51,934 bases of DNA. Source: a virus. Its lineage: Duplodnaviria; Caudoviricetes. Under the pieces are notes generated by a model that was given only the letters and a program-made list of their open reading frames with translations, ran no database searches and was not told the origin of the DNA. The position numbers and the translations under genes were made by a program. Where the stretch lies: IMG/VR virus record IMGVR_UViG_3300035564_000113, positions 1 to 51,934 of that record; one strand, given 5' to 3'. Numbering within the stretch: position 1 is the stretch's first letter; each line of letters starts with the position of its first letter. Below, piece by piece: positions 17,565 to 28,101 of the stretch.

Positions 17565-18320
17565 ATGTCCGGGTTAAATCTCACGCTTCAGGCCGGAACA
17601 GCGCCCTACCAGCAGCCACTGCCAGGCAATGCGCAGGCGTTGCTAAACTTCATCGCGGCGTATATTATGATTGCGGGTGGGCAGAATTTCAACGGCATCA
17701 ATTTCGGTGCATCGACGCCGGCACCGGCAAATCGTGGATTGCCGTGGTTCAAGACCGATCAGTTTAGGAATCCACTCGGATTTTTTTCATGGAACGGAAC
17801 GATTTGGAGTGGAATCCCAATCGTGTTGGCAAATGGCCCAACTACTTCCCGTCCTCCCAATCCCGGTGTCGGCACGGAATACTACGATACCACGATTGGG
17901 GCACTGCTGGTATTCAGTGCGAGCGGATGGACGACGGCGAGCGGTAGTGTCGGAGATGTCAAGGAAGTGCAGGCGGCAGACATCGCAACCGCTTTGGCGA
18001 ACAATCCGGGCTGGGTACAGGACACGCAATCGACCGGGCTTGTCGTGGGAGCGGCCGGAGACGCAACCGGAATCACGGTGGCGCATCCCTATGGTCAGAT
18101 CATAGGCGAGGAAGCCCATACGCTACTCCTCAATGAAATGCCTGCGCACACGCACCCGTTTACGGGGTACCTTAATGGCGCGTCGGCGAATGGAAACACG
18201 GGACCGGGAGGAATACTTTCGGATCACAACACGACGGCGACGCAAAGTGCGGGTGGTAACGCACCGCACAACAATCTACCTCCAATGATTTTTTATTGGA
18301 GGCTTTTGAAGAAATTCTAA
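17565..18320 (+). CDS. Short tail fibre / collar-type protein
   Basis: C-terminal GEEAHTLLLNEMPAHTH...GGNAPHNNLPP motif. Confidence 0.75.
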   Translation: MSGLNLTLQAGTAPYQQPLPGNAQALLNFIAAYIMIAGGQNFNGINFGASTPAPANRGLPWFKTDQFRNPLGFFSWNGTIWSGIPIVLANGPTTSRPPNPGVGTEYYDTTIGALLVFSASGWTTASGSVGDVKEVQAADIATALANNPGWVQDTQSTGLVVGAAGDATGITVAHPYGQIIGEEAHTLLLNEMPAHTHPFTGYLNGASANGNTGPGGILSDHNTTATQSAGGNAPHNNLPPMIFYWRLLKKF

Positions 18321-18321
18321 C

Positions 18322-19134
18322 ATGGCCGGCATCGCAACAGGCGCAGTCGCGGGAGCAAAGGCGGGTTCTGTATTTGGCCCGTGGGGTACCGTTATTGGCG
18401 GAGTTGTAGGTGGGGCTGCCGGATATTTTAGCGGCGGTGGAGACAAGAAAGCGCCGGCCACGATCCCGTATCAGCCCGTTGACCTTCAACAGGAGCAAAG
18501 CAAGGCGATTGCTGGAAACGCCGCGGCTGCTACGTCCATCGACGATCTACTTGCCCAGTCAAACGCTTTTCAGCAAAAGCAGGCCAGTCAGTTGATGGAT
18601 CAAGCATTGCCAGGGTATTCCAAGTTCGCATCTAACCTCATGGGCAGTGCCTCGAAACTGGCAGCGGACCCGTATGCGGTTCCGCAGTCGGTGGTCGATC
18701 AACTCACGCAGTACGCGGCTGAGCACAACATCAGTCAGGGAACGGGGGCGTCATCTGGTTTCTCGCAATCGAATTTGCTTCGTTCGCTCGGAGTCAACGC
18801 GCTTCAGTACGGACAGTCAAACATGACGACGGCCATGAACGCGCTTTCCGTCCTGACTGGCACTGCACCGCGCACGTCTCCAATGTCGCCACTTTCCTTT
18901 ATGGTTACGCCAGGCCAGCAGATTCAGAATCAGCAGCTCACCAATCAGACGCAGGCCGGGATTTCGCAGGCGGGTGCGAATGCTAACACCGCGGCGGGCA
19001 ACTACAATTCGCAGAACCTTTGGGATAATCTCACGTCGTCAATGGCGATGCTGAACAACAGCGGTTTGCTCAAGTCATCTGCCAAGTCGAGTAGTGGAGT
19101 TGGGGTTCTAAGTTCTCCCGAACAGAGCGAATAA
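18322..19134 (+). CDS. Putative ejection (DNA pilot) protein
   Basis: Gly/Ala hydrophobic N-terminus GPWGTVIGGVVGG; Q/N/S-rich. Confidence 0.6.
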   Translation: MAGIATGAVAGAKAGSVFGPWGTVIGGVVGGAAGYFSGGGDKKAPATIPYQPVDLQQEQSKAIAGNAAAATSIDDLLAQSNAFQQKQASQLMDQALPGYSKFASNLMGSASKLAADPYAVPQSVVDQLTQYAAEHNISQGTGASSGFSQSNLLRSLGVNALQYGQSNMTTAMNALSVLTGTAPRTSPMSPLSFMVTPGQQIQNQQLTNQTQAGISQAGANANTAAGNYNSQNLWDNLTSSMAMLNNSGLLKSSAKSSSGVGVLSSPEQSE

Positions 19135-19149
19135 CGTATCCGATTACTG

Positions 19150-20196
19150 ATGTCCAATCTCCCCCAGTTCATGCCCGAGGGTAAGCCAATGGAGGCGATC
19201 AATGCCGGCATTGCGTCCGGGAACGCCGCTCAGTCGTGGATGAATCAGGCGCAGGAGCGGGAGATTCGAGCGCAGCGGGCACTACAGCAGGAGGCCGCAG
19301 CAGAACGCGCCCAGCAGGAATTCCAGATCATGCTTCCGGCTATCGTCGCCAAGTCACAGGTCGATCAGGCCGTGGCTCCAAATCTGGTTGCGAATGCAGT
19401 CGCCGAACAGAAGTTCCGTAAGGATGCGTTGGATGAAATGCCAATTGTCACTACCCAATATACGGAGGCGCTCAAGATCGCCGATTACAGCGCACGGGCC
19501 GATGCGTTGGCTGCACTTCAAGCCAAGTCATCGTGGCTCGGACAGGTTCCAGAGTCCAAGGGTTTGGCTGATGCGATCAACAACGCACGAGCGAGAGCGG
19601 AACATGAAGCGCAACTTGATGCGAAGTTGAAAAACGACCGCTACGTTGCCGATCAAACAAGTGACAGAGTTAAGTATGGTGCCGACCTAAGATGGGCCGC
19701 TTCTGTCTCTGCATCAGCAGCGCGCGTTAAAGCCTTAGAATCGGCCAGAGATAATGCCGGCGGTCATGACCAGACGGCAATCAATACCGCGTTGATCCGT
19801 GAGTATGGCGAAGCCGCAACGAGAAACGAGGTCGTTGCCGAACAACAGCGATTGTTCAACCCAGAACAGGCCGATGCGATGATAACGAACGCAAAGGATC
19901 TTCGGGCGAAGATGGAAAAACTTGCCGCTCAGTCTCTCGCTCCGCAAACCTCGCCACCCGGAACAGGCGGCCCTTCCGCAGCGCCAAGTCCGGCAGCGAA
20001 AGCCGTGCCGATTGAGAAGAAGCCGTACGTGATCGACACCAAGGCCGGTACTTTCGCCTTCACCGATCCGAAGTTGAAACCGGAAGGCCAGAGGACGGTC
20101 ATCAAGGCTGCAATTGATGCTGGAGACATCACGAAAGAACAGGGGTTGGCCATTTTACTAGCGCACGATTGGGGTCATCCTAAAGCGAAACCGTAA
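19150..20196 (+). CDS. Putative internal virion / ejection protein
   Basis: Helical, A/Q-rich; position. Confidence 0.55.
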   Translation: MSNLPQFMPEGKPMEAINAGIASGNAAQSWMNQAQEREIRAQRALQQEAAAERAQQEFQIMLPAIVAKSQVDQAVAPNLVANAVAEQKFRKDALDEMPIVTTQYTEALKIADYSARADALAALQAKSSWLGQVPESKGLADAINNARARAEHEAQLDAKLKNDRYVADQTSDRVKYGADLRWAASVSASAARVKALESARDNAGGHDQTAINTALIREYGEAATRNEVVAEQQRLFNPEQADAMITNAKDLRAKMEKLAAQSLAPQTSPPGTGGPSAAPSPAAKAVPIEKKPYVIDTKAGTFAFTDPKLKPEGQRTVIKAAIDAGDITKEQGLAILLAHDWGHPKAKP

Positions 20197-20197
20197 A

Positions 20198-23100
20198 ATG
20201 TCGGAAATAGATGACCTCGTTCCTCCGGCAGACCAATCCGCCACAACTGAATCAGCATACGGCGCGATTGACTCATTAACTCCGCCGACGAAATACGGGG
20301 ACATAGACTCTCTGGCACCGCCTGCCTCGCCAGAAGAGACCGCGAAGAAAAGAACCGCACTTTTCGGACAGGCCATCGACGGAATGCCGATAACGTGGCT
20401 GGAAAAAGCGGCCATGAAAGCCGCTCTGACCAAGGGCGGTAAAATCGGCGATTTGGCAATAAACGTCGTTGTACCAATCAGCGGTATGATCGGAGGGGGT
20501 GCGATTGGCGCAGGGGTCGGAGCCCCGGAAGGTGGGGTTGGTGCCATACCAGGGGCGGTTATCGGTTCTAGATTGGGCGGAGCTGCTGGCGGAGCCGCAG
20601 CCGACACCATGGTACAGGCGCGGCAATTCATTCGCGGTGAACGCACGTCATTTTCACCCGGAAGCGTAGTGGCATCTGCCGCCATCGGCGCGTTTATCCC
20701 CAAGCCAATATCGTCGGCAACTACCGTCGCGGGGACTTTGGCCAAGACGGTCCTGACGCGCGCCGGCCAAGGGGCGTTGCTCAATGCGACGCACACGGCG
20801 ATGAGTGAGTTGATCGACGGTGGGAAGCTGAATCTCAGCAACATCATCGAAAGCGGAGCGTGGGGCACGCTTTTCGGCGGTGCGGTGGGAACGGTTGAAG
20901 GCGTTGCTCCGATGGCTCTAAATCTGTTGAAGTCGATCAATGGAAAGACGCCGGCTGAAGCCACGAAGATCATCGCGGAGTCGAACGTCGATGGCTCGCT
21001 GAAGACCGAACTCCAGAAGCGGATCGAGGAAATGGTGGGGTACAAGCGGTCGCAGGAGATTCGCGAAAATCCGCCGGCAACGCCAACGGGTGCGCTTGCG
21101 CAGGAGAACCCGCCTGTCATCAAGAGCGCGGCGGAATCGGCTCGCGTGTTTCAGGACGCTGAAGCGATGGATTCCTTGACCGCCAACGCTTCCAAGGTTG
21201 CCCCCAAAATAACCGAGAGAGAGAAGAACTTTCAGTATCAGTTGGAAGATGAACTCAACCGTCCGTCGGAGGTTGTTTATCCAGAGGGTGCCGAAGGTTC
21301 CGCGATGGCTCTAGCGGCGGAATTCCCACCAATCAAGAGTGCGGCGGAATCGGCGAAGGTATTCGAGAGTGCTATGCAAAACGCTAAAGACGTTGCAGAC
21401 CTTGAGACAAGGTTTGCAACTCGTTTAACTGATGAATCTCACATCCAGCCGAACGAGTACCATAACTTTGCGAATGAATCGTTTGAGAGATTGCGCGCAT
21501 TGAAAAACCAGATAGATACCCTCGAATCTCATCAGCGAACGGTCTGGGAGCCTGAGAACCTGCCAAATATGTCTTCGCAGGCGCAGAAGATTTACGACCA
21601 GCACGGGTTTGTTTTGCCGAAGGTGGCCATGACGCTGGCCGGCGGCGGCGGAGGGTTCGCCTATGGGATGGCGCAACCGGGCACGCCCGAAGAGAGGATC
21701 AAGCTGGCGATGACCTACGGGGCCATCGGAGCGACCATCGGATACGGAACCGGAATCGGAATATCGAAGATGGCCGAGGCCGGGGAATTCGGCGGCCTGA
21801 AGGCGCTGACCGACCTTGGCGTTTTGAAAGGTCTCTGGAAGCGCGGCATGATTAACGAGGCGCTAACTTACACGCATGATGCAGTGCCGAACAAGGCCAA
21901 CCTGCTGGGGCGGGAGTCGGGCAACGCCATCACTGATGCATTGTCTCAGGTTGTTCCCGCGGCGGAAATGAAGATCGCGCAGCAGGCGCTCCCGTTCGTG
22001 GTCGAGGCCAAGGGATTTCCTGGCGCGGTGGACGCCATGATGGAAAAGGTCTCGCTATCGACCAAGGCCAACCCGAAGGCGCGGCTCGAGGCGATGGCGG
22101 CGCTCCAATACGCGAAAGACAATTTCGAAAATCTGTCCGGGCCGGCGAAGTTGCATGGCGAGATGACGCTGGCGCAGGCGGCGCGAGAAAACGCCAACGG
22201 CGGCGACGTGCTGATCCGTGACGGCTACGTGAAGCATTCGTGGCACTCTGACGACCTTGAAGGGAATCCGCTGGGTTCTGGTCGCTCTGCCGGCTCGAGT
22301 TCGCCGCAAGAGAAGATGCGGACCTATGACACCTTCGCTGATGGCATCGCCAACGGCGAGGTTCCGAAGACCCTGAACGCATCGGACCTGATGCAGAGCC
22401 GTGTGACCGCGGGCGAGACGAAGATCGGGCGCCTACAATGGCTGGAGTCCATGAAGGATTACCCGCCCGACCCGCTGACGGGCAATCCGCTGGTTGAAAA
22501 GGTGACGACCGAAACGCGGCCGGACGGCAAGACCTACGAAACGGCCCCGAAGGGGTACACAGTTCAGCGGGTAGGCGGGCAGAGCTTCGCGCTTCTCAGT
22601 GGGTACGGCGACGTTTTCAACGACCTGAATAATCCAAGTTGGTGGTCTGGTGGGCCATTGCGGCGGGCAACGATGGCATCCACGGCCGGCGCGAAGTCGA
22701 TTCGCCTGGTTGGCGACGTTTACCACCTTGTGCGGATCGGTGCCATGGAGGCGGGTGCGCGAGCCTTCAACGCGCTGGACAGGATTCGCCAGGGGGCGTC
22801 GCCGATGGATGCGATCACGAGTTCTGGGATGCGGGACTTAGACAACAGCGTGGAGACCCTGCAACGCATGGCGGAGCGTGGCGACATCACGAAGGCGGAA
22901 CTCGATGCGTCGATCCTGCGTAAACAGGAGGTCGGAAAACTTGTGGACAACGGGTTGATGCTTGGAAGCGTCGAGGATGCCTCGCACCAAGAATTCATGC
23001 GCGGCATCCCGCTGGCCGGAGATTTCCAAAAGTTCCTTTTTACGTCGTTTCAGCGCCGGGCCATGAAGGATGTTGCGCTGATGGAACTCGGTCGGCGCGC

Positions 23101-24259
23101 ACTGAGCTACGGCGACAACATCCCCGAGTCGATCTATCGCGACACGGCCAAAGACGTGAATACGTGGTTCCGAAATTTCGGTTCGCAGGGCGCGGTTCGT
23201 TCGCAGACTGGAAAGGACACGACCCGATTTTTGGTACTGGCCCCACAGTGGACAGAGGGCGCGATTCGATCCGAGATTGGCGCAGTGAGGCAGGGGGCAG
23301 AGGCGCTGGCCGGCGGCAAAAAACCCATCGGCCTGTTGGCCGGTGCCACCGGCGCGGTGATCGGCGGATCGTTCGTCGCCAACCAGATCATCAACCAGTA
23401 CACGCGCGGACATCCGACGTGGGAAAACAATGAGGAAGGCGTCGGGGCGAAGATTTCCGCATGGGTTCCCGATTACGCCGGGCGGGCTATGGGGAAAGAA
23501 GGGCCGGGATTCTTCATCAACCCGTTGGGCATAGCCGGGGAAACGGCGCATTTGCTGGTGGCGGGATATGAAAAGACTGATGACTTTGCCCGAACGCTGG
23601 CTGATTACATCAGGAACCGGGCAGCGGCGGTGACGAGCCCTGCCGCGGTCTTCTTCACGCATACGGACAACATGGGGCGCCCGGTCAAGAAGGGCGAAAC
23701 GGTTACTGAGATGATGAAGGCAGCCATCCCTTCCCCGATTCCAACGCAAGCAATCACCGGGTCGATCAATTCGGTCGTGACCCAGCATCCGCAGCAGAAG
23801 TTCGTCGGGCAATTCCAGCGGCAACTAATGACTACCGTTGGAATCCGAGCTGACCAAGCGCCCTCGCCAGAACAACGGATTTACGGCCTCGTCCGCGACT
23901 TCAAGAAAGAAAACAAGATCGAAGAAAACCCGGCCTACAACGGGTCCGATTATCAGGATTTGCGGACGGCTCTCAAAACCGGGAACGAGCTGGATGCGTC
24001 TGACGCAATGGATGAAATCCTTACGAAAAAGACTCCCCAGCAGGTTAAGCAGTATTTCGAGACCCTTCCAAATCATCCGTTCACGGGCAGCGAACGGACT
24101 GAGGGTAAATTCATCAGCTCGTTGAACCCCGAGCAGAGCGGCCAGTATTACAAGGCAGTGAATGATCGCGTAGCCGTGGCACGCGATGGGCTCAAGTTGC
24201 TTGCGTCTCGGCTGGCGGCAAAGGCGCAGGCATCGGGTTCTGGCGCGCAATCTGATTGA
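20198..24259 (+). CDS. Large internal virion / ejection protein
   Basis: 1353 aa with glycine-zipper segments; last gene of the podovirus-type block. Confidence 0.65.
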   Translation: MSEIDDLVPPADQSATTESAYGAIDSLTPPTKYGDIDSLAPPASPEETAKKRTALFGQAIDGMPITWLEKAAMKAALTKGGKIGDLAINVVVPISGMIGGGAIGAGVGAPEGGVGAIPGAVIGSRLGGAAGGAAADTMVQARQFIRGERTSFSPGSVVASAAIGAFIPKPISSATTVAGTLAKTVLTRAGQGALLNATHTAMSELIDGGKLNLSNIIESGAWGTLFGGAVGTVEGVAPMALNLLKSINGKTPAEATKIIAESNVDGSLKTELQKRIEEMVGYKRSQEIRENPPATPTGALAQENPPVIKSAAESARVFQDAEAMDSLTANASKVAPKITEREKNFQYQLEDELNRPSEVVYPEGAEGSAMALAAEFPPIKSAAESAKVFESAMQNAKDVADLETRFATRLTDESHIQPNEYHNFANESFERLRALKNQIDTLESHQRTVWEPENLPNMSSQAQKIYDQHGFVLPKVAMTLAGGGGGFAYGMAQPGTPEERIKLAMTYGAIGATIGYGTGIGISKMAEAGEFGGLKALTDLGVLKGLWKRGMINEALTYTHDAVPNKANLLGRESGNAITDALSQVVPAAEMKIAQQALPFVVEAKGFPGAVDAMMEKVSLSTKANPKARLEAMAALQYAKDNFENLSGPAKLHGEMTLAQAARENANGGDVLIRDGYVKHSWHSDDLEGNPLGSGRSAGSSSPQEKMRTYDTFADGIANGEVPKTLNASDLMQSRVTAGETKIGRLQWLESMKDYPPDPLTGNPLVEKVTTETRPDGKTYETAPKGYTVQRVGGQSFALLSGYGDVFNDLNNPSWWSGGPLRRATMASTAGAKSIRLVGDVYHLVRIGAMEAGARAFNALDRIRQGASPMDAITSSGMRDLDNSVETLQRMAERGDITKAELDASILRKQEVGKLVDNGLMLGSVEDASHQEFMRGIPLAGDFQKFLFTSFQRRAMKDVALMELGRRALSYGDNIPESIYRDTAKDVNTWFRNFGSQGAVRSQTGKDTTRFLVLAPQWTEGAIRSEIGAVRQGAEALAGGKKPIGLLAGATGAVIGGSFVANQIINQYTRGHPTWENNEEGVGAKISAWVPDYAGRAMGKEGPGFFINPLGIAGETAHLLVAGYEKTDDFARTLADYIRNRAAAVTSPAAVFFTHTDNMGRPVKKGETVTEMMKAAIPSPIPTQAITGSINSVVTQHPQQKFVGQFQRQLMTTVGIRADQAPSPEQRIYGLVRDFKKENKIEENPAYNGSDYQDLRTALKTGNELDASDAMDEILTKKTPQQVKQYFETLPNHPFTGSERTEGKFISSLNPEQSGQYYKAVNDRVAVARDGLKLLASRLAAKAQASGSGAQSD

Positions 24260-25334
24260 TCTTCGCCATGATCCGGCTGGGCAGGATGGATTCGATGGCG
24301 GTACAGCGTCCGGTCATCGCGCAGGGGCCGGCAGGCGGCAGTTCTGGCAGGCCAATGTGGTGCGAATGGAAGCAGGGAGCAATGGGACAGCCTTCGATGC
24401 CTTGCAGGGCGTGGACGAACTCGTAGTAGGCGGTGCGCAGCTTCCACGGAAAGGCTCCGAAAAGACCCACGGCAGGCACACCTAGCGCGCCAGCCGCGTG
24501 CAAAAGAGACGAGTCTGGGGCCAGTACCACGTCACACGTCAACAGGAAGGCCACGGATTGCCGCCACGTCAGCCCGAGACGCGAAAGATCGAATACGCCC
24601 TTGCTGTTCGTTCCATCAACGCGGAACTCGCCCATGCGTCCCAGCAGGTAAACTTCCCAGTTCTCGCGGCGCAATGCTTCAACAATGAGACCGATTCTCG
24701 GATAGGTCCGGCAGCGAGCTCCCGCCTGCACCTGAATCCCGATACGGCGCTTCTCAGTGCGTGGGAAACTTGCCCAAACCCACTCGCGTTCGGCACCGGA
24801 CACGACGTAATCGGCGCGCTTATCCTTCAGTTCGCCCAACCCCAGGTGTTCCGCGAACCGATCCGTCATGTGTTGTTCCTTCGCCCGCGGGTTGAACTCC
24901 ACTGAACCCTCCAGGCACAAGACGCAATCGTAGCGGGACAATTGGGCAAGCGGCAGCGGATAGTCGGCGAAGGCGTCCACGTAGGGAAGCCCCAATAATG
25001 GCTGACGATATTCGTGGAGTGTAGCCACGGTGAGAGTCGCCTGTGGGTGGAGTTGTTTGATTTGGCGTAGGCATGGCGTTAAAAGAATGGCGTCTCCGAA
25101 ACCGATTGGGGCGACGATGAGGATATTGCTACCGAATCCTGAATTGGGAAGTCTCCAGAACACCGCCAGATCATCGGCATGGTCTTCGATGTAGCGTTGA
25201 AGCGGAATCATGGTTGACCCCGGAGCGCGCAGCATGATCTCCGCTCCGTTGCGGTCCTCCACGATATATTCGCCGGCAGGTAGGCTGCCTTGCGGGCCGA
25301 GGTCAAGCGGGCTTGGGAGAGTCAGGACGTGCAT
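24192..25334 (-). CDS. Glycosyltransferase, GT9 (ADP-heptose transferase-like)
   Basis: GFGDAILLTP, DVVLAPDSSLLHAAGALGVPAVGLFG. Confidence 0.88.
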   Translation of the reverse strand: MHVLTLPSPLDLGPQGSLPAGEYIVEDRNGAEIMLRAPGSTMIPLQRYIEDHADDLAVFWRLPNSGFGSNILIVAPIGFGDAILLTPCLRQIKQLHPQATLTVATLHEYRQPLLGLPYVDAFADYPLPLAQLSRYDCVLCLEGSVEFNPRAKEQHMTDRFAEHLGLGELKDKRADYVVSGAEREWVWASFPRTEKRRIGIQVQAGARCRTYPRIGLIVEALRRENWEVYLLGRMGEFRVDGTNSKGVFDLSRLGLTWRQSVAFLLTCDVVLAPDSSLLHAAGALGVPAVGLFGAFPWKLRTAYYEFVHALQGIEGCPIAPCFHSHHIGLPELPPAGPCAMTGRCTAIESILPSRIMAKINQIARQNPMPAPLPPAETQAT

Positions 25335-25606
25335 TTGAGAATAGAAAGACGAAAATACCCATAGTGTCCAAGTTGGCCGGAATTATTGTCGGGATTGCTG
25401 ATCCACCTAAGTGTCGGAATTCCCCATTCCGGTTTCCACTCGCGATAGAGTGCGTTCACTTGATCGCATATCTTCCCAGTAAGCGCCTCATTAAGATGAT
25501 ATTTCATGTCCGTCATGCAGAGCACCGGACCGGATAACGCAAAGTATTCATTCGGGGCCAGTGGGGGAGTTAGGACGTTAACTACAATGTCTTTGTTGGT
25601 ATTCAT
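25322..25606 (-). CDS. Hypothetical protein
   Basis: AATCCCATG start; operon packing. Confidence 0.6.
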   Translation of the reverse strand: MNTNKDIVVNVLTPPLAPNEYFALSGPVLCMTDMKYHLNEALTGKICDQVNALYREWKPEWGIPTLRWISNPDNNSGQLGHYGYFRLSILKCTS

Positions 25607-25610
25607 GGGA

Positions 25611-26072
25611 TTATTTCTGGCCGGGGCGTTTCATTGCAAGCATGGGAGTGAAGCCAAATCTCGCGTAGAGTTTCTGTGCATCGTTGGTAACTAACATACA
25701 TGGGCGTGGACTGACTTCGGGATGGGTCATCACGGCGTTGATGAGAAATTGCCCGAGTCCTTTCCCTTGGAATTGCTGTTGCACGAACACGTCGCAGAGC
25801 CATGAGAAAGTAGCGTAGTCAGTCACAACGCGTGCGAATCCAATCTGGTGGTCGGAATACCCAACGGGGCCATCTTCGGCTTCCGCAGTCCGGCGCTCGT
25901 ACAGGCCAAAGCAGAGGGAGTTTTCTATGGACTTCATCACCACGGGGAGCGTCAGCCATCCGCCCCAGTACGTATGTTGAAGTTGGTTCGTGATGAGGGG
26001 AACGTTCAACAGCGATTTGTCCGAACTGACGAAGAAATTACCGAGGCGTGGGCCGTCGCCGATGGGGTTCAT
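25611..26072 (-). CDS. GNAT acetyltransferase
   Basis: QIGFARVVTDYATFSWLCDVFV....QGKGLG, AQKLYARFGF. Confidence 0.92.
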   Translation of the reverse strand: MNPIGDGPRLGNFFVSSDKSLLNVPLITNQLQHTYWGGWLTLPVVMKSIENSLCFGLYERRTAEAEDGPVGYSDHQIGFARVVTDYATFSWLCDVFVQQQFQGKGLGQFLINAVMTHPEVSPRPCMLVTNDAQKLYARFGFTPMLAMKRPGQK

Positions 26073-26275
26073 AGAAAGTCCCGGTTTGGAAACGCACGGT
26101 TGAAGAAATGGATGATGGCCCCTTCTTGTTTACTGACATCTTTCCATTTCGACTCGGCTATACGATGTGCTGCGCATCTCTCTTTCCCCTGAGCACGTCT
26201 ATTTTCTTCAAAAGCATTTTTATAAACAGACCATGCTTTTGATAGGGCATCTATAAGGTTGGCGAATTCGTTCAT
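26069..26275 (-). CDS. Hypothetical protein
   Basis: 4-nt overlaps. Confidence 0.55.
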   Translation of the reverse strand: MNEFANLIDALSKAWSVYKNAFEENRRAQGKERCAAHRIAESKWKDVSKQEGAIIHFFNRAFPNRDFL

Positions 26276-26877
26276 TTTCTAAGATGGGTTGGCAGTGCGG
26301 ATAGAATCGGCTCCATGCTGTGACTGGCAATCCAGCAGCTCCCGCGGACTGCGCCGGTTTCGGTGTTAGATGGCGCAACGGGGAAATACGGAGTGAGCGT
26401 GTGTTTGGCCAGCACTGGAGAGATAAGCGGAAGAGCGATGACGCTCTCGCAGCCGTAGTCGTCAAACCTGTATCCATCGTCTTCAGGCACCTTGAAATCG
26501 TCGATCAGAATCACGAAGTCGGCCCATCGTGACGCGATGATGTCGATTTCTTCTGCCAGCGGAAGTTCTGGCCCCCAGTGCGCGTCGAGATAGAAGAATG
26601 TCCGTGGATGTCCATCCAGTAAGGCGGACAGGAAAGTTCTGGAATCACCGAGAAGGCATCGAACGTCCAATCCAACGGTATTCTTTTGGGACTCACGCCA
26701 TGGCACTTCCTGCACTTCCATGGTCACTACCGGAAGCCCCGTCAATTCAGCCAACCATGCCGAGGTGTGCCCGCATGAACTTCCCGTCTCGCAAATGATT
26801 TCAAACGCAGACCTCTCCCGAACGGCGTTGAATGCCTCGATGCGCCGCTCCTGTCCGTTGAATCCGAGGAATCTCAT
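26272..26877 (-). CDS. SAM-dependent methyltransferase-like protein
   Basis: ICETGSSCG, GDS, FYLDAHW, ILIDD. Confidence 0.8.
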   Translation of the reverse strand: MRFLGFNGQERRIEAFNAVRERSAFEIICETGSSCGHTSAWLAELTGLPVVTMEVQEVPWRESQKNTVGLDVRCLLGDSRTFLSALLDGHPRTFFYLDAHWGPELPLAEEIDIIASRWADFVILIDDFKVPEDDGYRFDDYGCESVIALPLISPVLAKHTLTPYFPVAPSNTETGAVRGSCWIASHSMEPILSALPTHLRK

Positions 26878-27071
26878 TGGGTAATACGCTGCCAGATTGT
26901 CGGCTTAGTTTCGCGGAATATTTTTCTGTTTGGAACGAGACATGGCCCCCACGGTGTCGTTAAAATAGAGAATTCTTCATCTCGTACCGCCATACACCTT
27001 CCAACAACAGCGTGTCCGTTGCTGTGGATTGTGTCGGATGCCCAATACCACTTTCCTATTTCTGTTTTCAT
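26874..27071 (-). CDS. Hypothetical protein
   Basis: Trimmed to MKTEIGKW. Confidence 0.5.
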   Translation of the reverse strand: MKTEIGKWYWASDTIHSNGHAVVGRCMAVRDEEFSILTTPWGPCLVPNRKIFRETKPTIWQRITQ

Positions 27072-27091
27072 GATCGTAAAAAACGAGTGGG

Positions 27092-27313
27092 TTATATAGC
27101 CTTTGCGCATTCTTCGCTGCAATAGGTGCCGTTCCACCAATAACCGGGTGCTATACGATTATGCGTGATCCGATTACAGCAAGCGCAATTCACGTATATA
27201 GACGGCGCCGATTTAGCAGATGGGAAAAGGCGTTCAAATTCATCTTTAGAAACGGTTGCCACTAGATCGCCACTAAAAACCTGAAACGTTAGTTGTTCAG
27301 TTTGTTGGTTCAT
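27092..27313 (-). CDS. Small Cys-motif (TRASH/Zn-finger-like) protein
   Basis: CACC...YCSEEC. Confidence 0.55.
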   Translation of the reverse strand: MNQQTEQLTFQVFSGDLVATVSKDEFERLFPSAKSAPSIYVNCACCNRITHNRIAPGYWWNGTYCSEECAKAI

Positions 27314-28101
27314 GATTCCTTCCAGTGGAGTTCAGAGTGACCCCAGTAGTTTGTAATCGGCATGTGATTTCCTTCGACGAAAGGCACGTCCTGATAGAGC
27401 GGACGATCGCCACGCGACGGGATGCCGACGATGTTCGGGCAGAACACCCGCTTATTGTTTCCGATGAGCGCGGCCATCAGTGAAAAGGTGGAGTTCGCGC
27501 GCAACAAGATGTCCGCGTTCATCAGCGCGTAGAAATCGGGCAGGAATCCCAGCCCCTTGTCGAGCGCGGGATCTCCACCGCGAGAGTGTTCGTTCCCCTT
27601 GACCGGAAACCCTGGCAGAACGATGGGATCTTCTTCGGAGATAAAGCGGAGCTTTGTCGCGTCGATTCCAAATTTCTCGCACGCCTTGAAGTAGGACTTG
27701 CTGGAAATCGTCACGAAGTCATCAAGTCCAACGAAGTCAGCCCAGCGCAGATGCGCGGCAACCTCGAAATGCGGAACGGCTTTGAGCATCTCCAATATCT
27801 CGGGCCGAAACGTGAACCATTTCCGAGCCTGCGCCCGCGTGTAGTACAGGCTGTGCTGATGCAGTCCACCGCCTGAAATTCGGATGTCCGTCTCGCCTGC
27901 CCAGTCTTCGATGGTATCCTCACTGCGTTCGTGCATGTTCATGCTGGCAATCGGAGGATCGTCGATCATGAAAACCTTCTGCCCCATCCACGGGTTTGTC
28001 TGGAGCGTGCAGCCGTAGCGTTCGGCGTAGCCGCGCACGAAGGCATATTGTGCCATACGATTGCAGAATCCCTCTTGAAGAATGGTGGTGATGACGCTCA
28101 T
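27310..28101 (-). CDS. Glycosyltransferase, GT11 (alpha-1,2-fucosyltransferase-like)
   Basis: GFCNRMAQYA, AHLRWADF, DFYALMNADILLRANSTFSLMAA. Confidence 0.8.
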   Translation of the reverse strand: MSVITTILQEGFCNRMAQYAFVRGYAERYGCTLQTNPWMGQKVFMIDDPPIASMNMHERSEDTIEDWAGETDIRISGGGLHQHSLYYTRAQARKWFTFRPEILEMLKAVPHFEVAAHLRWADFVGLDDFVTISSKSYFKACEKFGIDATKLRFISEEDPIVLPGFPVKGNEHSRGGDPALDKGLGFLPDFYALMNADILLRANSTFSLMAALIGNNKRVFCPNIVGIPSRGDRPLYQDVPFVEGNHMPITNYWGHSELHWKES

